This document shows, in pieces, positions 17,982 to 27,797 of a DNA stretch of 64,000 bases. Location of the stretch: the NCBI GenBank assembly GCA_034521595.1, contig JAXHMG010000003.1, positions 2,720,001-2,784,000 on the forward strand, read 5' to 3'. This stretch comes from Gemmatimonadota bacterium (GTDB lineage Bacteria > Gemmatimonadota > Gemmatimonadetes > Longimicrobiales > Gaopeijiaceae). Numbering within the stretch: the stretch's first letter is position 1; each line of letters opens with the position of its first letter. The notes under the pieces are model-generated. The model saw nothing but the letters and a program-made list of their open reading frames with translations. It did not search any database and was not told where the DNA came from. A program made the position numbers and the translations under genes.

Positions 17982-19885
17982 GCACCCCCACCCGCCGGAG
18001 GCGAGGACGACTCGCGATCCTCCTCGCGACGCTTCCACCCCTGCTCGCGCTCGACGCGCCGGACCGGGCGGAGCCCACCAGTTGGGCACTCGTCGTGGGC
18101 GTCACCGACTACGTCCACTTCGACGACGAGGAGGGCGGCGATCTCCCGGGCGCGGAGCAGGATGCGCGCCGGATGCGCGATGTCCTGGTCAGTCGGGGAT
18201 ACGTGCCGGAGACGAACGTCCGACTCCTCCTGAACCGGGAAGCGACCCGCGCCGGAATGGAAGAGGCGATCACGGGCTGGCTCGGAGAGCGGGCTGCTCC
18301 CGGAGACGACGTCTTCGTCTTCTTCGCGGGGCACGGATCACAGATGTGGGACGAGGACGGGGACGAGAGCGACGGCCTGGACGAGACCCTCGCTCCGGCC
18401 GACGCGCTTCCCGACCGGACCGACAACGACATTTCGGACGACGTCTTCGGCATGTGGCTGGACGGGATCCCCACCGAAAACGTGATCGTGATCCTCGACA
18501 GCTGTCACTCCGGCACCGGAACGCGGGACGTCACCCCGTTCAGCCGCGCCCGTGCGCTGGGACGTGACCTGGACGACATCCCCGAGCCGGAGGAGGGGAT
18601 GAGAACCCGCACCGCCGATGGCGGTCCCGGCGCCGAGCCGTCGGGGTTCGAGGCCGGGGAGCGGGCCGTGCTCGAGCTGGCGGCCGCGCAACCCGATCAG
18701 GCCGCGGTCGAGGTTCTCTTCCCGGAAGAGGGGGGCGCCGAGCCTTTCCAGGGCGGAGCGTTCACGACCCACCTCGTCCGTGAGCTCTGGCGCGCGTCCG
18801 AGGGGGACACGTACGAACAGGTCTTCAGGCGGACCGCCGAAGCCATGAAGAGGAACCGGTTCCAGCAAGACCCGAGGCTTTCGGAAGAGGTCGACCTCAA
18901 GAATCGGTCGATCGCCCGACTCGACGCCACCGGATCCGCCGGGCGGCCGTCGGGTCTGCCCGTGCTCCGCGTTTCGGGAACACGGGTGGAGCTGGGAGGC
19001 GGCGCGGCCCTCGGGATCCCCCCCGGCTCGACCTTCGAGACGCCTTCCGGGGGTCGCCTCACGGTCGTGTCCAGCGGGGAGCGGGAGATCACCGCGGAGA
19101 TCGCCGAAGGCCCGGTCGAGGTCGGAGACCTGGCTCGCCTGACGGCCTATCGATACCCCGACCGCCCGCTCCTCGTGAACGTCGCGGCCGTCGATACGGA
19201 GATCGCCCGATCCCTGTCGGATATGCTCGAGGGCACGACGGGCATCCGGACGGTCGAGGATCCCGACGGCTTCAGCCACCTGCTCCTGCGCCGCTCGGGG
19301 GAGGAGCTCCGTGTCCTCGGGATCGACGGCTTCGTACGCCACGACGGTCTGAGCGCGGCCCCCGACGCGCTGGGGGCGGTGGCCGCCATCTTGCGGACGG
19401 AAGCCGCCTCGAAGCGGCTCGGTGATATGGAGAATCCCGCGCAACCCTTCGACGTACGGCTCGCGATGTCCGACGGCCGGTTCGCGTTCGGGCTCGGGGA
19501 AGAGATCCGGTTCCGCCTTCGGTCGGAGCGGGACGGGTATCTCACCCTCGTCGACCTCGGCACGGACGGTACCGTTGCGATGCTCTTTCCGAACGGAGAA
19601 ACGCCGAGCGTGAGGGTGCGGGCCGGGGAAGAGATCGTGTACCCAGCCGGCGCCGACGTGTACTTCGAGGCGCTGCCTCCGGCCGGCAGCGGTCTGGTGC
19701 GCGCCTTCGTGACGGACCGGCCGCTCGACATCCCGATACCGGACGGCGAAACCTACGCCTATGGAGACGAAGAGTTCGCCGCCACGGTCGTGGAGGCGCT
19801 CCTCGACGCCGTCGGGTCCAGCCACGGTGGCGTCACGCTCGATTCCTGGGGCACCGCGTCGCTCACGTACCGGATCCGTCCGTGA
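17978..19885 (+). CDS. Exported metacaspase (peptidase C14) with C-terminal DUF4384-like domain
   Basis: Basic-hydrophobic N-terminus; ALVVGV.DY, FAGHGSQ, DETL.PAD, LDSCHSG; C-terminal GEEIRF..RSERDGYL.L.D.G.DG....LFPN. Confidence 0.88.
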   Translation: MSTPTRRRRGRLAILLATLPPLLALDAPDRAEPTSWALVVGVTDYVHFDDEEGGDLPGAEQDARRMRDVLVSRGYVPETNVRLLLNREATRAGMEEAITGWLGERAAPGDDVFVFFAGHGSQMWDEDGDESDGLDETLAPADALPDRTDNDISDDVFGMWLDGIPTENVIVILDSCHSGTGTRDVTPFSRARALGRDLDDIPEPEEGMRTRTADGGPGAEPSGFEAGERAVLELAAAQPDQAAVEVLFPEEGGAEPFQGGAFTTHLVRELWRASEGDTYEQVFRRTAEAMKRNRFQQDPRLSEEVDLKNRSIARLDATGSAGRPSGLPVLRVSGTRVELGGGAALGIPPGSTFETPSGGRLTVVSSGEREITAEIAEGPVEVGDLARLTAYRYPDRPLLVNVAAVDTEIARSLSDMLEGTTGIRTVEDPDGFSHLLLRRSGEELRVLGIDGFVRHDGLSAAPDALGAVAAILRTEAASKRLGDMENPAQPFDVRLAMSDGRFAFGLGEEIRFRLRSERDGYLTLVDLGTDGTVAMLFPNGETPSVRVRAGEEIVYPAGADVYFEALPPAGSGLVRAFVTDRPLDIPIPDGETYAYGDEEFAATVVEALLDAVGSSHGGVTLDSWGTASLTYRIRP

Positions 19886-19939
19886 TGCGAACCTACGTGA
19901 TCCGACCGACCCCGTGACGCCCTCGCCGTTTCGCCCGAA

Positions 19940-22192
19940 GTGAGTCGCGCGAGGAAGTTGCGGCGACTCGCCGCGTTCCTGGCCATCGTGCTCGGCGCGT
20001 CGTCGCTCGCGCTCGTTCTCGACGCGATGGGGGAGCTCACGGGCCTCCGCGCGTTCGAGGATCTCACGCTCGATCTGCGGCAGCGCACGACGGCGGAGTC
20101 ACTCCTGCCGGGCCCCTCGGAGCGTTCGACCGACGTGGTCCTGGTTCTCTTCGACGAGCATTCCGTGCTCGACCCGGATTTCGGGTGGCCCTGGCTCTCG
20201 CCGTTCCCCAGAAGCGTGCTCGCCGACCTGGTGGACGCGCTTTCGGAGGCCGGCGCCCGCACGATCGGCTTGGACGTCTACCTCGACCGCCTCTTCCCCG
20301 GTCTCGACACCATCGACGGGGGCAACGACCGCCTGCACGCGGCGATGGAGCGGGCCGGCAACGTGGTCCTAGCCGCACCGCTCCAACGGACGGACTCGGG
20401 ACCGACCGTCGCTCCACCCCACCCGATGTTCGCCACCGCGGCCACCGACGTGGGCGCCGCCGACCTCCCGGCCGCCTTCGAGACCTTCCGGGATGGGGCT
20501 CTGGCGGTACGCTCCGGCAACGGTCTGGAGCCTTCGTTCTCCCTGGCGCTCTACGCTCACGCTCGGGGCCTGGACACCGACTCGCTGCTCGCGGCGGCGG
20601 AGCGCTCGGGCCGGCTCGACCTCCCCGGCCTCCCCGAGAACGTGGGGCACGTGCCGAGCGGCTGGTTCCGGGACGACGGCGCGGGAGCGGGGTCCATCGT
20701 GCCGTTCCGGGTCCGGTACACCGGCCCTCCCTCGAGCGCGGACGCGGAGGACCCACCGGGCACGTTTCCCACGTACGCGTCCGGAACGCTCCCCGTGACG
20801 GCCTCGTTCGCACCCGAGATGTTTCGCGACAAGATCGTTCTTCTCGGAACGGGCTTTCACGACGAAGACAAGTTCCGGACGCCGTTCTACGGCGCTTCAC
20901 CTCCCGACGATGTCGAAGGCCCGGACGGCCGGGAACCGTACACGTGGATGTTCGGTGTCGAGCTCCACGCCAACGCGCTCCAGAACATGCTCGACGAACG
21001 CTACGTCGAGCCACTGGGCTCGACCGCCTCGGCCCTGCTGCTGCTTCTCGTGGCGTTCGTGCCGGCCGCCGTGACGTTCCGGTCCGGGGCAGCGTGGAGC
21101 GGAGTGGTGACCGCGGGCGTCATTCTCGGCGTCGTGGCCGGCGCCTGGTGGGCCTGGGCCGGAGCCGTGTATGTGCCCGGCTTCGAGGTCACGGGCCTCG
21201 GCACCGCTTTTCTCTGGGTTCCCGTCGCGGCCCCGATGGCTTCCGGCCTGCTCTCCTATGTCGGATCCGTGGGATACGTAGCCATCGTGGAAGGGCGGGA
21301 AAAGCGATTCATCAAGAACGCATTCGGGAAATATCTCTCGCCCGACGTCGTTGCCGAGATCGCTGACGACCCCGAATCGCTCTCGCTCGGCGGGCAGAGT
21401 CGTCCACTCTCGTTGCTCTTCTCCGACCTGTCCGGCTTTACCTCGCTTTCGGAGCAGCTGTCACCCGAAGAGCTCGTCGCCCTGCTGAACGAGTACCTCG
21501 ACGACATGACCCGAGTCGTGCTGTCCGAGCGCGGATATCTGGACAAATACATCGGGGACGCGATCATGGCGTTCTGGAACGCCCCGCGCGCGCTCGACGA
21601 TCATCCGGACCGGGCGCTCCGGGCGGCGGTTCGAATGCAACGAAGCCTCGATCGGCTCAACGCGCGGTGGAGTCGAGACCACGACCGCCCCGACCTTCGG
21701 GCGCGGATCGGCGTGCACACGGGGCCCGCCGTCGTGGGGAACGTCGGGGGCCGCGACCGTTTCGACTATTCGGCCATCGGGGACGCGGTGAACCTCGCCG
21801 CGCGCCTCGAGCCGGCCAACGACACCTACGGCACGCGCATCATCACCTCACGGGAGACATTGGACGAGGCGGACGCCACCCGCTTCCGGATCCGCGAGCT
21901 CGACCTCGTGGCGGTGAAGGGGAGAGACCAACCGGTCTCGATTCACGAGGTCGTGGAGCTCCGCGAAGCCGAGCTTCCCCCCGGGCTCGCACGTGCGCTC
22001 GAGCGATACGACCAGGGCTTGGCCGCCTACCGGGCAAGGGATTGGAACCGGGCGAAGACGCACTTCGTATCCGCACTCGACGCCCGGCCGGAAGACGGCC
22101 CGAGCCGACTGTACGTCGCCCGCTGCGACGCGCACATCACCGACCCACCCGCTCCCGATTGGGATTTCGTGGTGCAACGGAGCTCGAAGTAA
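19940..22192 (+). CDS. CHASE2-domain class III adenylate cyclase with C-terminal TPR-like tail
   Basis: TM, PFPRS..ADLV..L...GA..IGLD, FRTP, GVELHAN, 3 TMs, FSDLSGFT, DKYIGDAIM, DYSAIGDAVNLAARLE. Confidence 0.92.
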   Translation: MSRARKLRRLAAFLAIVLGASSLALVLDAMGELTGLRAFEDLTLDLRQRTTAESLLPGPSERSTDVVLVLFDEHSVLDPDFGWPWLSPFPRSVLADLVDALSEAGARTIGLDVYLDRLFPGLDTIDGGNDRLHAAMERAGNVVLAAPLQRTDSGPTVAPPHPMFATAATDVGAADLPAAFETFRDGALAVRSGNGLEPSFSLALYAHARGLDTDSLLAAAERSGRLDLPGLPENVGHVPSGWFRDDGAGAGSIVPFRVRYTGPPSSADAEDPPGTFPTYASGTLPVTASFAPEMFRDKIVLLGTGFHDEDKFRTPFYGASPPDDVEGPDGREPYTWMFGVELHANALQNMLDERYVEPLGSTASALLLLLVAFVPAAVTFRSGAAWSGVVTAGVILGVVAGAWWAWAGAVYVPGFEVTGLGTAFLWVPVAAPMASGLLSYVGSVGYVAIVEGREKRFIKNAFGKYLSPDVVAEIADDPESLSLGGQSRPLSLLFSDLSGFTSLSEQLSPEELVALLNEYLDDMTRVVLSERGYLDKYIGDAIMAFWNAPRALDDHPDRALRAAVRMQRSLDRLNARWSRDHDRPDLRARIGVHTGPAVVGNVGGRDRFDYSAIGDAVNLAARLEPANDTYGTRIITSRETLDEADATRFRIRELDLVAVKGRDQPVSIHEVVELREAELPPGLARALERYDQGLAAYRARDWNRAKTHFVSALDARPEDGPSRLYVARCDAHITDPPAPDWDFVVQRSSK

Positions 22193-22229
22193 GAGATTGG
22201 AAGAGTTTTCGCCGTTCCGGGAGACGCAA

Positions 22230-23213
22230 ATGCAGCATCCAAAGAGACCAACCTCCGCAGGAGGCGGCGGCCACGCCGCACGACGAGGGCGGATCCTGGC
22301 ATGGGTCACGCTGGCCGCGGCCTTCACCGGAGCCGCGACGGACACATCCGCCCAGGAGGAGGCGGTCGCGCTCGTCGTGCGTGTTCAGGGCGCGGTTCAG
22401 GTCGAGCGTGGGGATGACTCGGGGCCGGCAGCGGTCGGGCTGCGCCTCATCGAAGGCGACGAGCTGCGACCCGAAGACGGAGGGCGCGCGATCCTCGTCA
22501 CACCGTCGGGCGCCCAACAGGTGGTGACCGAGGCGACGACCGTGCGTGCTCCGGCCGTCACCGAGCCCACGGACCTCTTCACTCGCGCGGTCGCGACGCT
22601 CGCGCAGGCCGCGAGCGTGGACGCCACACTCGGTGGTCGGCAGGGCATGATCCGCCCCATTCCCGGACGAACGTCGCTCGTCGCGCCACGAAACGATCTG
22701 CTCGTGTCATCCACGCGACCCACCTTCCGATGGACCGCCACGCCCGACGCTCGCTACGACCTCATGTTGCGACGAGCCGACGGTGGCCGGCCCGAAATCT
22801 TCGAAGTCGGGACGGATACCGTGTGGAGCCTCCCGAGGGAGCTGGACGCGCTACGGGAGGGAGACACGTACGCGTGGACGGTGTTCGTCGGGGGACGGGA
22901 CGGCGGTCGGCCACTGCCGCAGCAGGAGTTCCGGGTCCTCGATGCCGAGCGACGTGGGGAGCTCGAGTCCCGGCTCGACGCGGTACGTGCGCTCGATCTG
23001 GATCCGACGGCAGAAGGGTTGGCGCTGAGCGCCATCATCTACCACGACTTCGAGCTCTTCTACGACGCCACTGCCGCGCTGCGGGAGCTGCGGGAAGCCG
23101 GAGCCCCCCTCAGCCCGAACCTCCACCGGCTGGAAGGCGAAGCGTGGGCTGAGCTCGGGGACGCGGAAGCCGCCCGTGCCGCGTTCGATCGGGCGACGGG
23201 AGGAGCACATTGA
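22230..23213 (+). CDS. Exported protein with FecR-like N-terminus and DUF928-like C-terminus
   Basis: Signal peptide; V.RVQG.V....G..L..GD.L; RPTFRW, L..GDTY.W.V, F.VL, AIIY...ELFYDA; TPR-like end. Confidence 0.7.
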   Translation: MQHPKRPTSAGGGGHAARRGRILAWVTLAAAFTGAATDTSAQEEAVALVVRVQGAVQVERGDDSGPAAVGLRLIEGDELRPEDGGRAILVTPSGAQQVVTEATTVRAPAVTEPTDLFTRAVATLAQAASVDATLGGRQGMIRPIPGRTSLVAPRNDLLVSSTRPTFRWTATPDARYDLMLRRADGGRPEIFEVGTDTVWSLPRELDALREGDTYAWTVFVGGRDGGRPLPQQEFRVLDAERRGELESRLDAVRALDLDPTAEGLALSAIIYHDFELFYDATAALRELREAGAPLSPNLHRLEGEAWAELGDAEAARAAFDRATGGAH

Positions 23214-24904
23214 CCCCGGACGCATCCCCCAGCGACGACCTCCGCACCGCGCTCGACGAAACCCGCGAGGATCTGGCTCGCACCCGAGCCGAGCTGGACC
23301 GGGCCCACACGGAGCTTCGGGAGCTCCATCGCATCGGCGCGGCGCTCATGAGCGAACGAAACCCGTCGCGGCTCATGGACTCGATTCTCTCGCAAGCACG
23401 GGCGCTCACCACGTCCGACGCGGGAAGCCTGTACCTGGTCGAAGAGGACGAAGAAGGAAACAGCCTGCTGCACTTCCTGGGTTCGCAGAACGACACGCTT
23501 CCGGACCTGCCGCCGGTCGACTTCACGCTTCCCATCGACGAAGGCTCCATCGCCGGGTACGCGGCCACGACGGGTGAGCCGTTGGTGCTCGATGACGTCT
23601 ACGATCTTCCGGACGACCTACCGTTTTCGTTCAACAAGACGGTGTACGACGAGAAATACGGGTACCGTGCGAAGTCGATGCTCGTCGTGCCGATGCTCGA
23701 CCACCGGGACCACGTGGTCGGGGTTTTGCAGCTCATCAATCGCAAGCGCGAGCCCACCGCGACCGTGCGGTCCGAGGCGGAGGCCGAGCGGTGGGTCCTC
23801 CCGTACACCGAGCGCGAGGTGACGTTGGTTTCTTCGCTGGCCGGCCAGGCCGCGGTCTCCATCGAGAACGGCCGCCTCTACCGGGACATCGAGAACCTCT
23901 TCGCCGGGTTCATCAAGGCAGCGGTGACGGCCATCGACCGCCGTGATCCGACCACGGCCGGTCATTCGGTTCGGGTGACCGAGCTCACCTGCGCGATGGC
24001 CGAGCTCATGAACGAGCAGGACGAGGGCCCGTTCTCGGACGTCGCATTCGACGAGGAAGAGTTGAAGCAGCTCCGCTATGCGGGTCTTCTACACGATTTC
24101 GGGAAAGTCGCGGTCCGCGAGGAGACGCTGGTCAAGGCGAACAAGCTCCCCCCGGTGCTCCAATCGCGGGTGGAAGCACGGTTCGCGTTGATCCGTCGTA
24201 CGTTGGAGCGAGTGGCGGCCGATGACCGGGCGGCCGTGCTCGCGCGCGCCGCGGAAGCCGGCGACCGACGGACGCCGACCGCCCGCGACCACACCGCCGC
24301 CGAGCTGGCCACGATCGACGAGCGGCTGGAGCGGGAGCTCGCCGAACTCGACCGCTACTGGACCGCGATCCGCGAAGCGAACGTTCCCCGCGTGCTCGAA
24401 GAAGGCGCCGCGGAGATCCTGGAGGAGATCGCCGGCAAGACGTTCGAGGATGCCGACGGGGAGGAGCACCCCTACCTCACGCCGGAAGAGCTCCACTACC
24501 TGTCCATCCGCCGTGGCAACCTCGACGAACGGGAGCGCGCCCAGATCGAGTCCCACGTGCTCCACTCCTACGACTTCCTGCTCGACATTCCGTGGACGGA
24601 GGATCTTTCCCGGATCGCCGAGATCGTGCGCGGCCACCACGAAAAGCTGGACGGAACCGGATACCCCGACGGCGTCACGGCGGAGCACCTCGCCCTCGAA
24701 ACCCGCATCATGACCGTTTGCGACATCTTCGACGCGCTCACGGCGTCCGACCGACCCTACAAGAAGGCGGTTCCGGTCGAGAAGGCGCTCGACATCCTGC
24801 GCGCCGAAGCCGCAGAAGGGGCCCTCGCTCCGGACATCGTCGAGCTGTTCATCGAGAGCGGGGTGTACCGGAAGGTGCTGGAAACGGATTGGCGGGAGCT
24901 GTAA
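23210..24904 (+). CDS. GAF + HD-GYP phosphodiesterase
   Basis: GSIAGY, KSMLVVPM..H...VVGVLQLIN; LLHDFGK, HHEKLDGTGYP, DIFDALT..DRPYK. Confidence 0.92.
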   Translation: MTPDASPSDDLRTALDETREDLARTRAELDRAHTELRELHRIGAALMSERNPSRLMDSILSQARALTTSDAGSLYLVEEDEEGNSLLHFLGSQNDTLPDLPPVDFTLPIDEGSIAGYAATTGEPLVLDDVYDLPDDLPFSFNKTVYDEKYGYRAKSMLVVPMLDHRDHVVGVLQLINRKREPTATVRSEAEAERWVLPYTEREVTLVSSLAGQAAVSIENGRLYRDIENLFAGFIKAAVTAIDRRDPTTAGHSVRVTELTCAMAELMNEQDEGPFSDVAFDEEELKQLRYAGLLHDFGKVAVREETLVKANKLPPVLQSRVEARFALIRRTLERVAADDRAAVLARAAEAGDRRTPTARDHTAAELATIDERLERELAELDRYWTAIREANVPRVLEEGAAEILEEIAGKTFEDADGEEHPYLTPEELHYLSIRRGNLDERERAQIESHVLHSYDFLLDIPWTEDLSRIAEIVRGHHEKLDGTGYPDGVTAEHLALETRIMTVCDIFDALTASDRPYKKAVPVEKALDILRAEAAEGALAPDIVELFIESGVYRKVLETDWREL

Positions 24905-26234
24905 CTCCGGGGAACCGCCGCGACATCCACTCGAACGCACCTCGGAGCAACCACGCGGCCGCGGCGACGATCAAGGCGAGCGCCCCCCACCGGAGCAACG
25001 TGGCGGCGAAGCCGAGATCGAACGCCGGCATGGTGAGCTCGTGCTGGAGAAAGCCCCCACCGCGCTCGATCATCCAGTGCCACCCGGTATGGGCGAGCAT
25101 CGCGGAAAGCACCACCACGCCCGCCACCTCGGGGACGACCTTCCGGAAGAGCAGCTCGAGCAAGGGCGCCGCGAGCGCCAGCACGAGAAGCTGTCCCAGC
25201 TCGACCCCCACGTTGAACGCGAGCAGCGACGTGATCAGGTGGGCCCCCGCGAATTGGAGGGACTCCGAGAGCACGAAGGAGAACCCGAATCCGTGCACGA
25301 GCCCGAACCCGAATGCGATCGCCCACCGGCGGTGCAGGCGTGCCCCCAGAATGTTCTCGAACGCCATGAAGACGATCGAGGCGGCAATGAGCGTTTCGAT
25401 GAGGGGCGGGAACCAGAGCGCCTCCGGGGCGAGTCCGAGCGCCGAGGCGATGAGCGTGATGGAATGGGCCACCGTGAACGCCGTGACCACGGGAACGAGC
25501 GCCCGCACACTGCGGAACGGCACCACGAGGCAGAGCAGAAAGAGAAGGTGGTCGATGCCGTCGAGGATGTGCTCGAACCCGAGGACCACGAACCGGAGCG
25601 CGGCCTGGTGCCACCGCGGATCGAGCCGGACGAGCCCCGGATTCCCAGTGTACTGGAAGACGCGCTCCGTCTCGGCATCCGGGAGGAACCGCAGGACCGT
25701 CAGGGTCCGAAGACCGAGGTGGGCGAACCGGGGGTCGATCGAGAACTCCGAGCGGTCCGAAGCGATCGGCACTTCGAAGAGCACGTCGAGCGCCGCCTGG
25801 CGCCAGTGGAGCTCCGTGCCCGCCGGCAGGGGATCGGACTGAACGTGCGCGAGCGCCAGCTCGTAGTCCCCGAACGAACGGTCTCCCGGCGCCGACACCC
25901 GAGCCTCCGTGAGCTCCAGCCCTTCGAGCACGCGGTCGTTCTCGCGGACCTCCACGTAGCCGCCGATCCACTGGCGTGCGGCGTTCCGGATCAGCGGCTC
26001 GGCCCGCTCGATCTCGAGGTACCCCGGCCCTCGAACCGGGAAGTCGTAGTCGCGCATCGACTCCAGGGGTACCCGCACGAGGAGTCGCAAGCGATCGCCT
26101 TCGGGCTTCACGAACGCCTGGACCGTCACGTCGGCGGGGATCTCGTGCGCTTCGGGCCAAGACGGGAGCAGGAGGACGAACGCGACGACGAGCGCGGCCG
26201 TGCGACGGATGGACGGCCCGGTTGGACGAAGCAT
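24849..26234 (-). CDS. HupE/UreJ family membrane protein with N-terminal soluble domain
   Basis: Signal ending A-HE; GFEHIL.G.DH, FTVAHSITL, FGLVHGFGF, FNVGVELGQ. Confidence 0.88.
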   Translation of the reverse strand: MLRPTGPSIRRTAALVVAFVLLLPSWPEAHEIPADVTVQAFVKPEGDRLRLLVRVPLESMRDYDFPVRGPGYLEIERAEPLIRNAARQWIGGYVEVRENDRVLEGLELTEARVSAPGDRSFGDYELALAHVQSDPLPAGTELHWRQAALDVLFEVPIASDRSEFSIDPRFAHLGLRTLTVLRFLPDAETERVFQYTGNPGLVRLDPRWHQAALRFVVLGFEHILDGIDHLLFLLCLVVPFRSVRALVPVVTAFTVAHSITLIASALGLAPEALWFPPLIETLIAASIVFMAFENILGARLHRRWAIAFGFGLVHGFGFSFVLSESLQFAGAHLITSLLAFNVGVELGQLLVLALAAPLLELLFRKVVPEVAGVVVLSAMLAHTGWHWMIERGGGFLQHELTMPAFDLGFAATLLRWGALALIVAAAAWLLRGAFEWMSRRFPGVTAPANPFPAPSGTPRSR

Positions 26235-26455
26235 CGGCGAACTCCGGGGGTTGGACTCTCGTGGGCCGCGAAGGTACGCCGGGGAGAATCGGACCCACAA
26301 GGTCGCCCCGACGGCCACCACGCTGCATGACTCGATATCCCGCTGCGGGAATTGCCGAACCGTCTCGGGGGCCGTAGCCTACCGGAGCGGTGCACCCGCG
26401 GGAGCGTTGCCGGAAGCGCTCCCACGATCCACGCGGCAGAGGGAGAGAACAGCGC

Positions 26456-27655
26456 ATGCGGAAGCGCAAGATGGCGGTCGGCTTCGGACTCGTCGCGGGA
26501 GCGGCCGCGCTCGCGTGCGCCTCGGAAGCGCTCGACGATCTCGCCGCCGGCACGGTCGGACAGGAAGGGATGGCCCCGATCTTCGAGGTCGATCCGTTCT
26601 GGCCGAAGCCGCTCCCGAACCACTGGGTCCTCGGATCCGTGGTCGGCGTGGGGGTGGATTCCCGCGACCACGTGTTCATCATCCACCGTCAGGCTCCGCT
26701 CAACGAACGGACCGAGATCGGCGCGGCGACCGATCCGCCCACGGGAGAGTGCTGCCGGCCGGCTCCGTACGTGCTCGAGTTCGACCCCGAAGGGAATCTC
26801 GTGAACTCGTGGGGTGGTGAGGGCGAAGGCTACACCTGGCCGGCTTCGAACCACGGCATCTCCATCGATCCCATGGACAACATCTGGATCGGTGGGAACG
26901 GCGCGGGCGACAGCCACGTCTTGAAGTTCAGCCGCGACGGCACGTTCCTCGCCGAATACGGCATCCCCGGCCAGCGCACGCCCGACTCGAACAGCACCGA
27001 GTTCTTCGGCCGCCCGGCCAAGATCTCCTTCGATGCCGAGGCCCAGGAGGCCTACGTGGCGGACGGATACAGTCACCGTCGCGTAGCCGTGCTCGACATG
27101 AACACCGGTGAGATCAAGCGCTTCTGGGGCGCGTACGGGAACGAGCCCACCGACGAGAACCCGGGACCCTACGACCCGGACGCACCGCTCATCGACCAGT
27201 TCCGCACGCCGGTGCACTGCGCCGAGCCCACGGACGACGGCCACGTCTACGTCTGCGACCGGCCCAACAACCGCATCCAGGTCTTCCGGACCGACGGGAC
27301 CTACGTCGACGAGGTCCAGCTCGCGCCGCGCACGCTCGGGGACGGATCCACGTGGGACATCGCCTTCTCGCGCGATCCGGAGCAGACCTACATGTACGTC
27401 GCGGACGGCAAGAACATGAAGGTCTACATCATGGACCGAGCCTCGCTCGAAGTGCTCACGACCTTCGGCGACGGGGGCCGGCAGCCCGGGCTCTTCTTCG
27501 CGGTCCACTCGATCGCGACCGACTCGGAGGGCAACATCTACACGACCGAGACCTACGAGGGCAAGCGCGTGCAGAAGTTCCTTTTCCGGGGCATCGGTCC
27601 GGTCGAGGAAGAAGACCAGGGTGCGCCGTGGCCGGAGGACCGTCTTCCGGGCTGA
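26456..27655 (+). CDS. NHL-repeat beta-propeller lipoprotein (PAL-like)
   Basis: Lipobox LAC; FEVDP.WPKP, YVADGY, YVCDR.NNRIQVF repeats. Confidence 0.85.
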   Translation: MRKRKMAVGFGLVAGAAALACASEALDDLAAGTVGQEGMAPIFEVDPFWPKPLPNHWVLGSVVGVGVDSRDHVFIIHRQAPLNERTEIGAATDPPTGECCRPAPYVLEFDPEGNLVNSWGGEGEGYTWPASNHGISIDPMDNIWIGGNGAGDSHVLKFSRDGTFLAEYGIPGQRTPDSNSTEFFGRPAKISFDAEAQEAYVADGYSHRRVAVLDMNTGEIKRFWGAYGNEPTDENPGPYDPDAPLIDQFRTPVHCAEPTDDGHVYVCDRPNNRIQVFRTDGTYVDEVQLAPRTLGDGSTWDIAFSRDPEQTYMYVADGKNMKVYIMDRASLEVLTTFGDGGRQPGLFFAVHSIATDSEGNIYTTETYEGKRVQKFLFRGIGPVEEEDQGAPWPEDRLPG

Positions 27656-27797
27656 GCCCAGCCGAAGCGACACCGGACCCGGACTCGCCCGAATCCGCGA
27701 ACGGACAAACATTGACGGCGAGCACACCGGAGCGTTCCTTGATGCTCCCAGCGGCTCACGAGACGAACCGAACGAACGCCCGAACAGGAGATCCCGA

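Noticed and set aside
15478-24904. Assignment as a Pycsar/CBASS-type anti-phage system
   Set aside because: Cyclase is a membrane CHASE2 enzyme with ATP-specifying residues; no CD-NTase, TIR or pore effector; host-like composition. A defence role is not excluded but is unsupported
27762-27786. GAAC-type short repeats upstream of the DUF2911 gene (similar run near 13495)
   Set aside because: Too short and irregular to support a function
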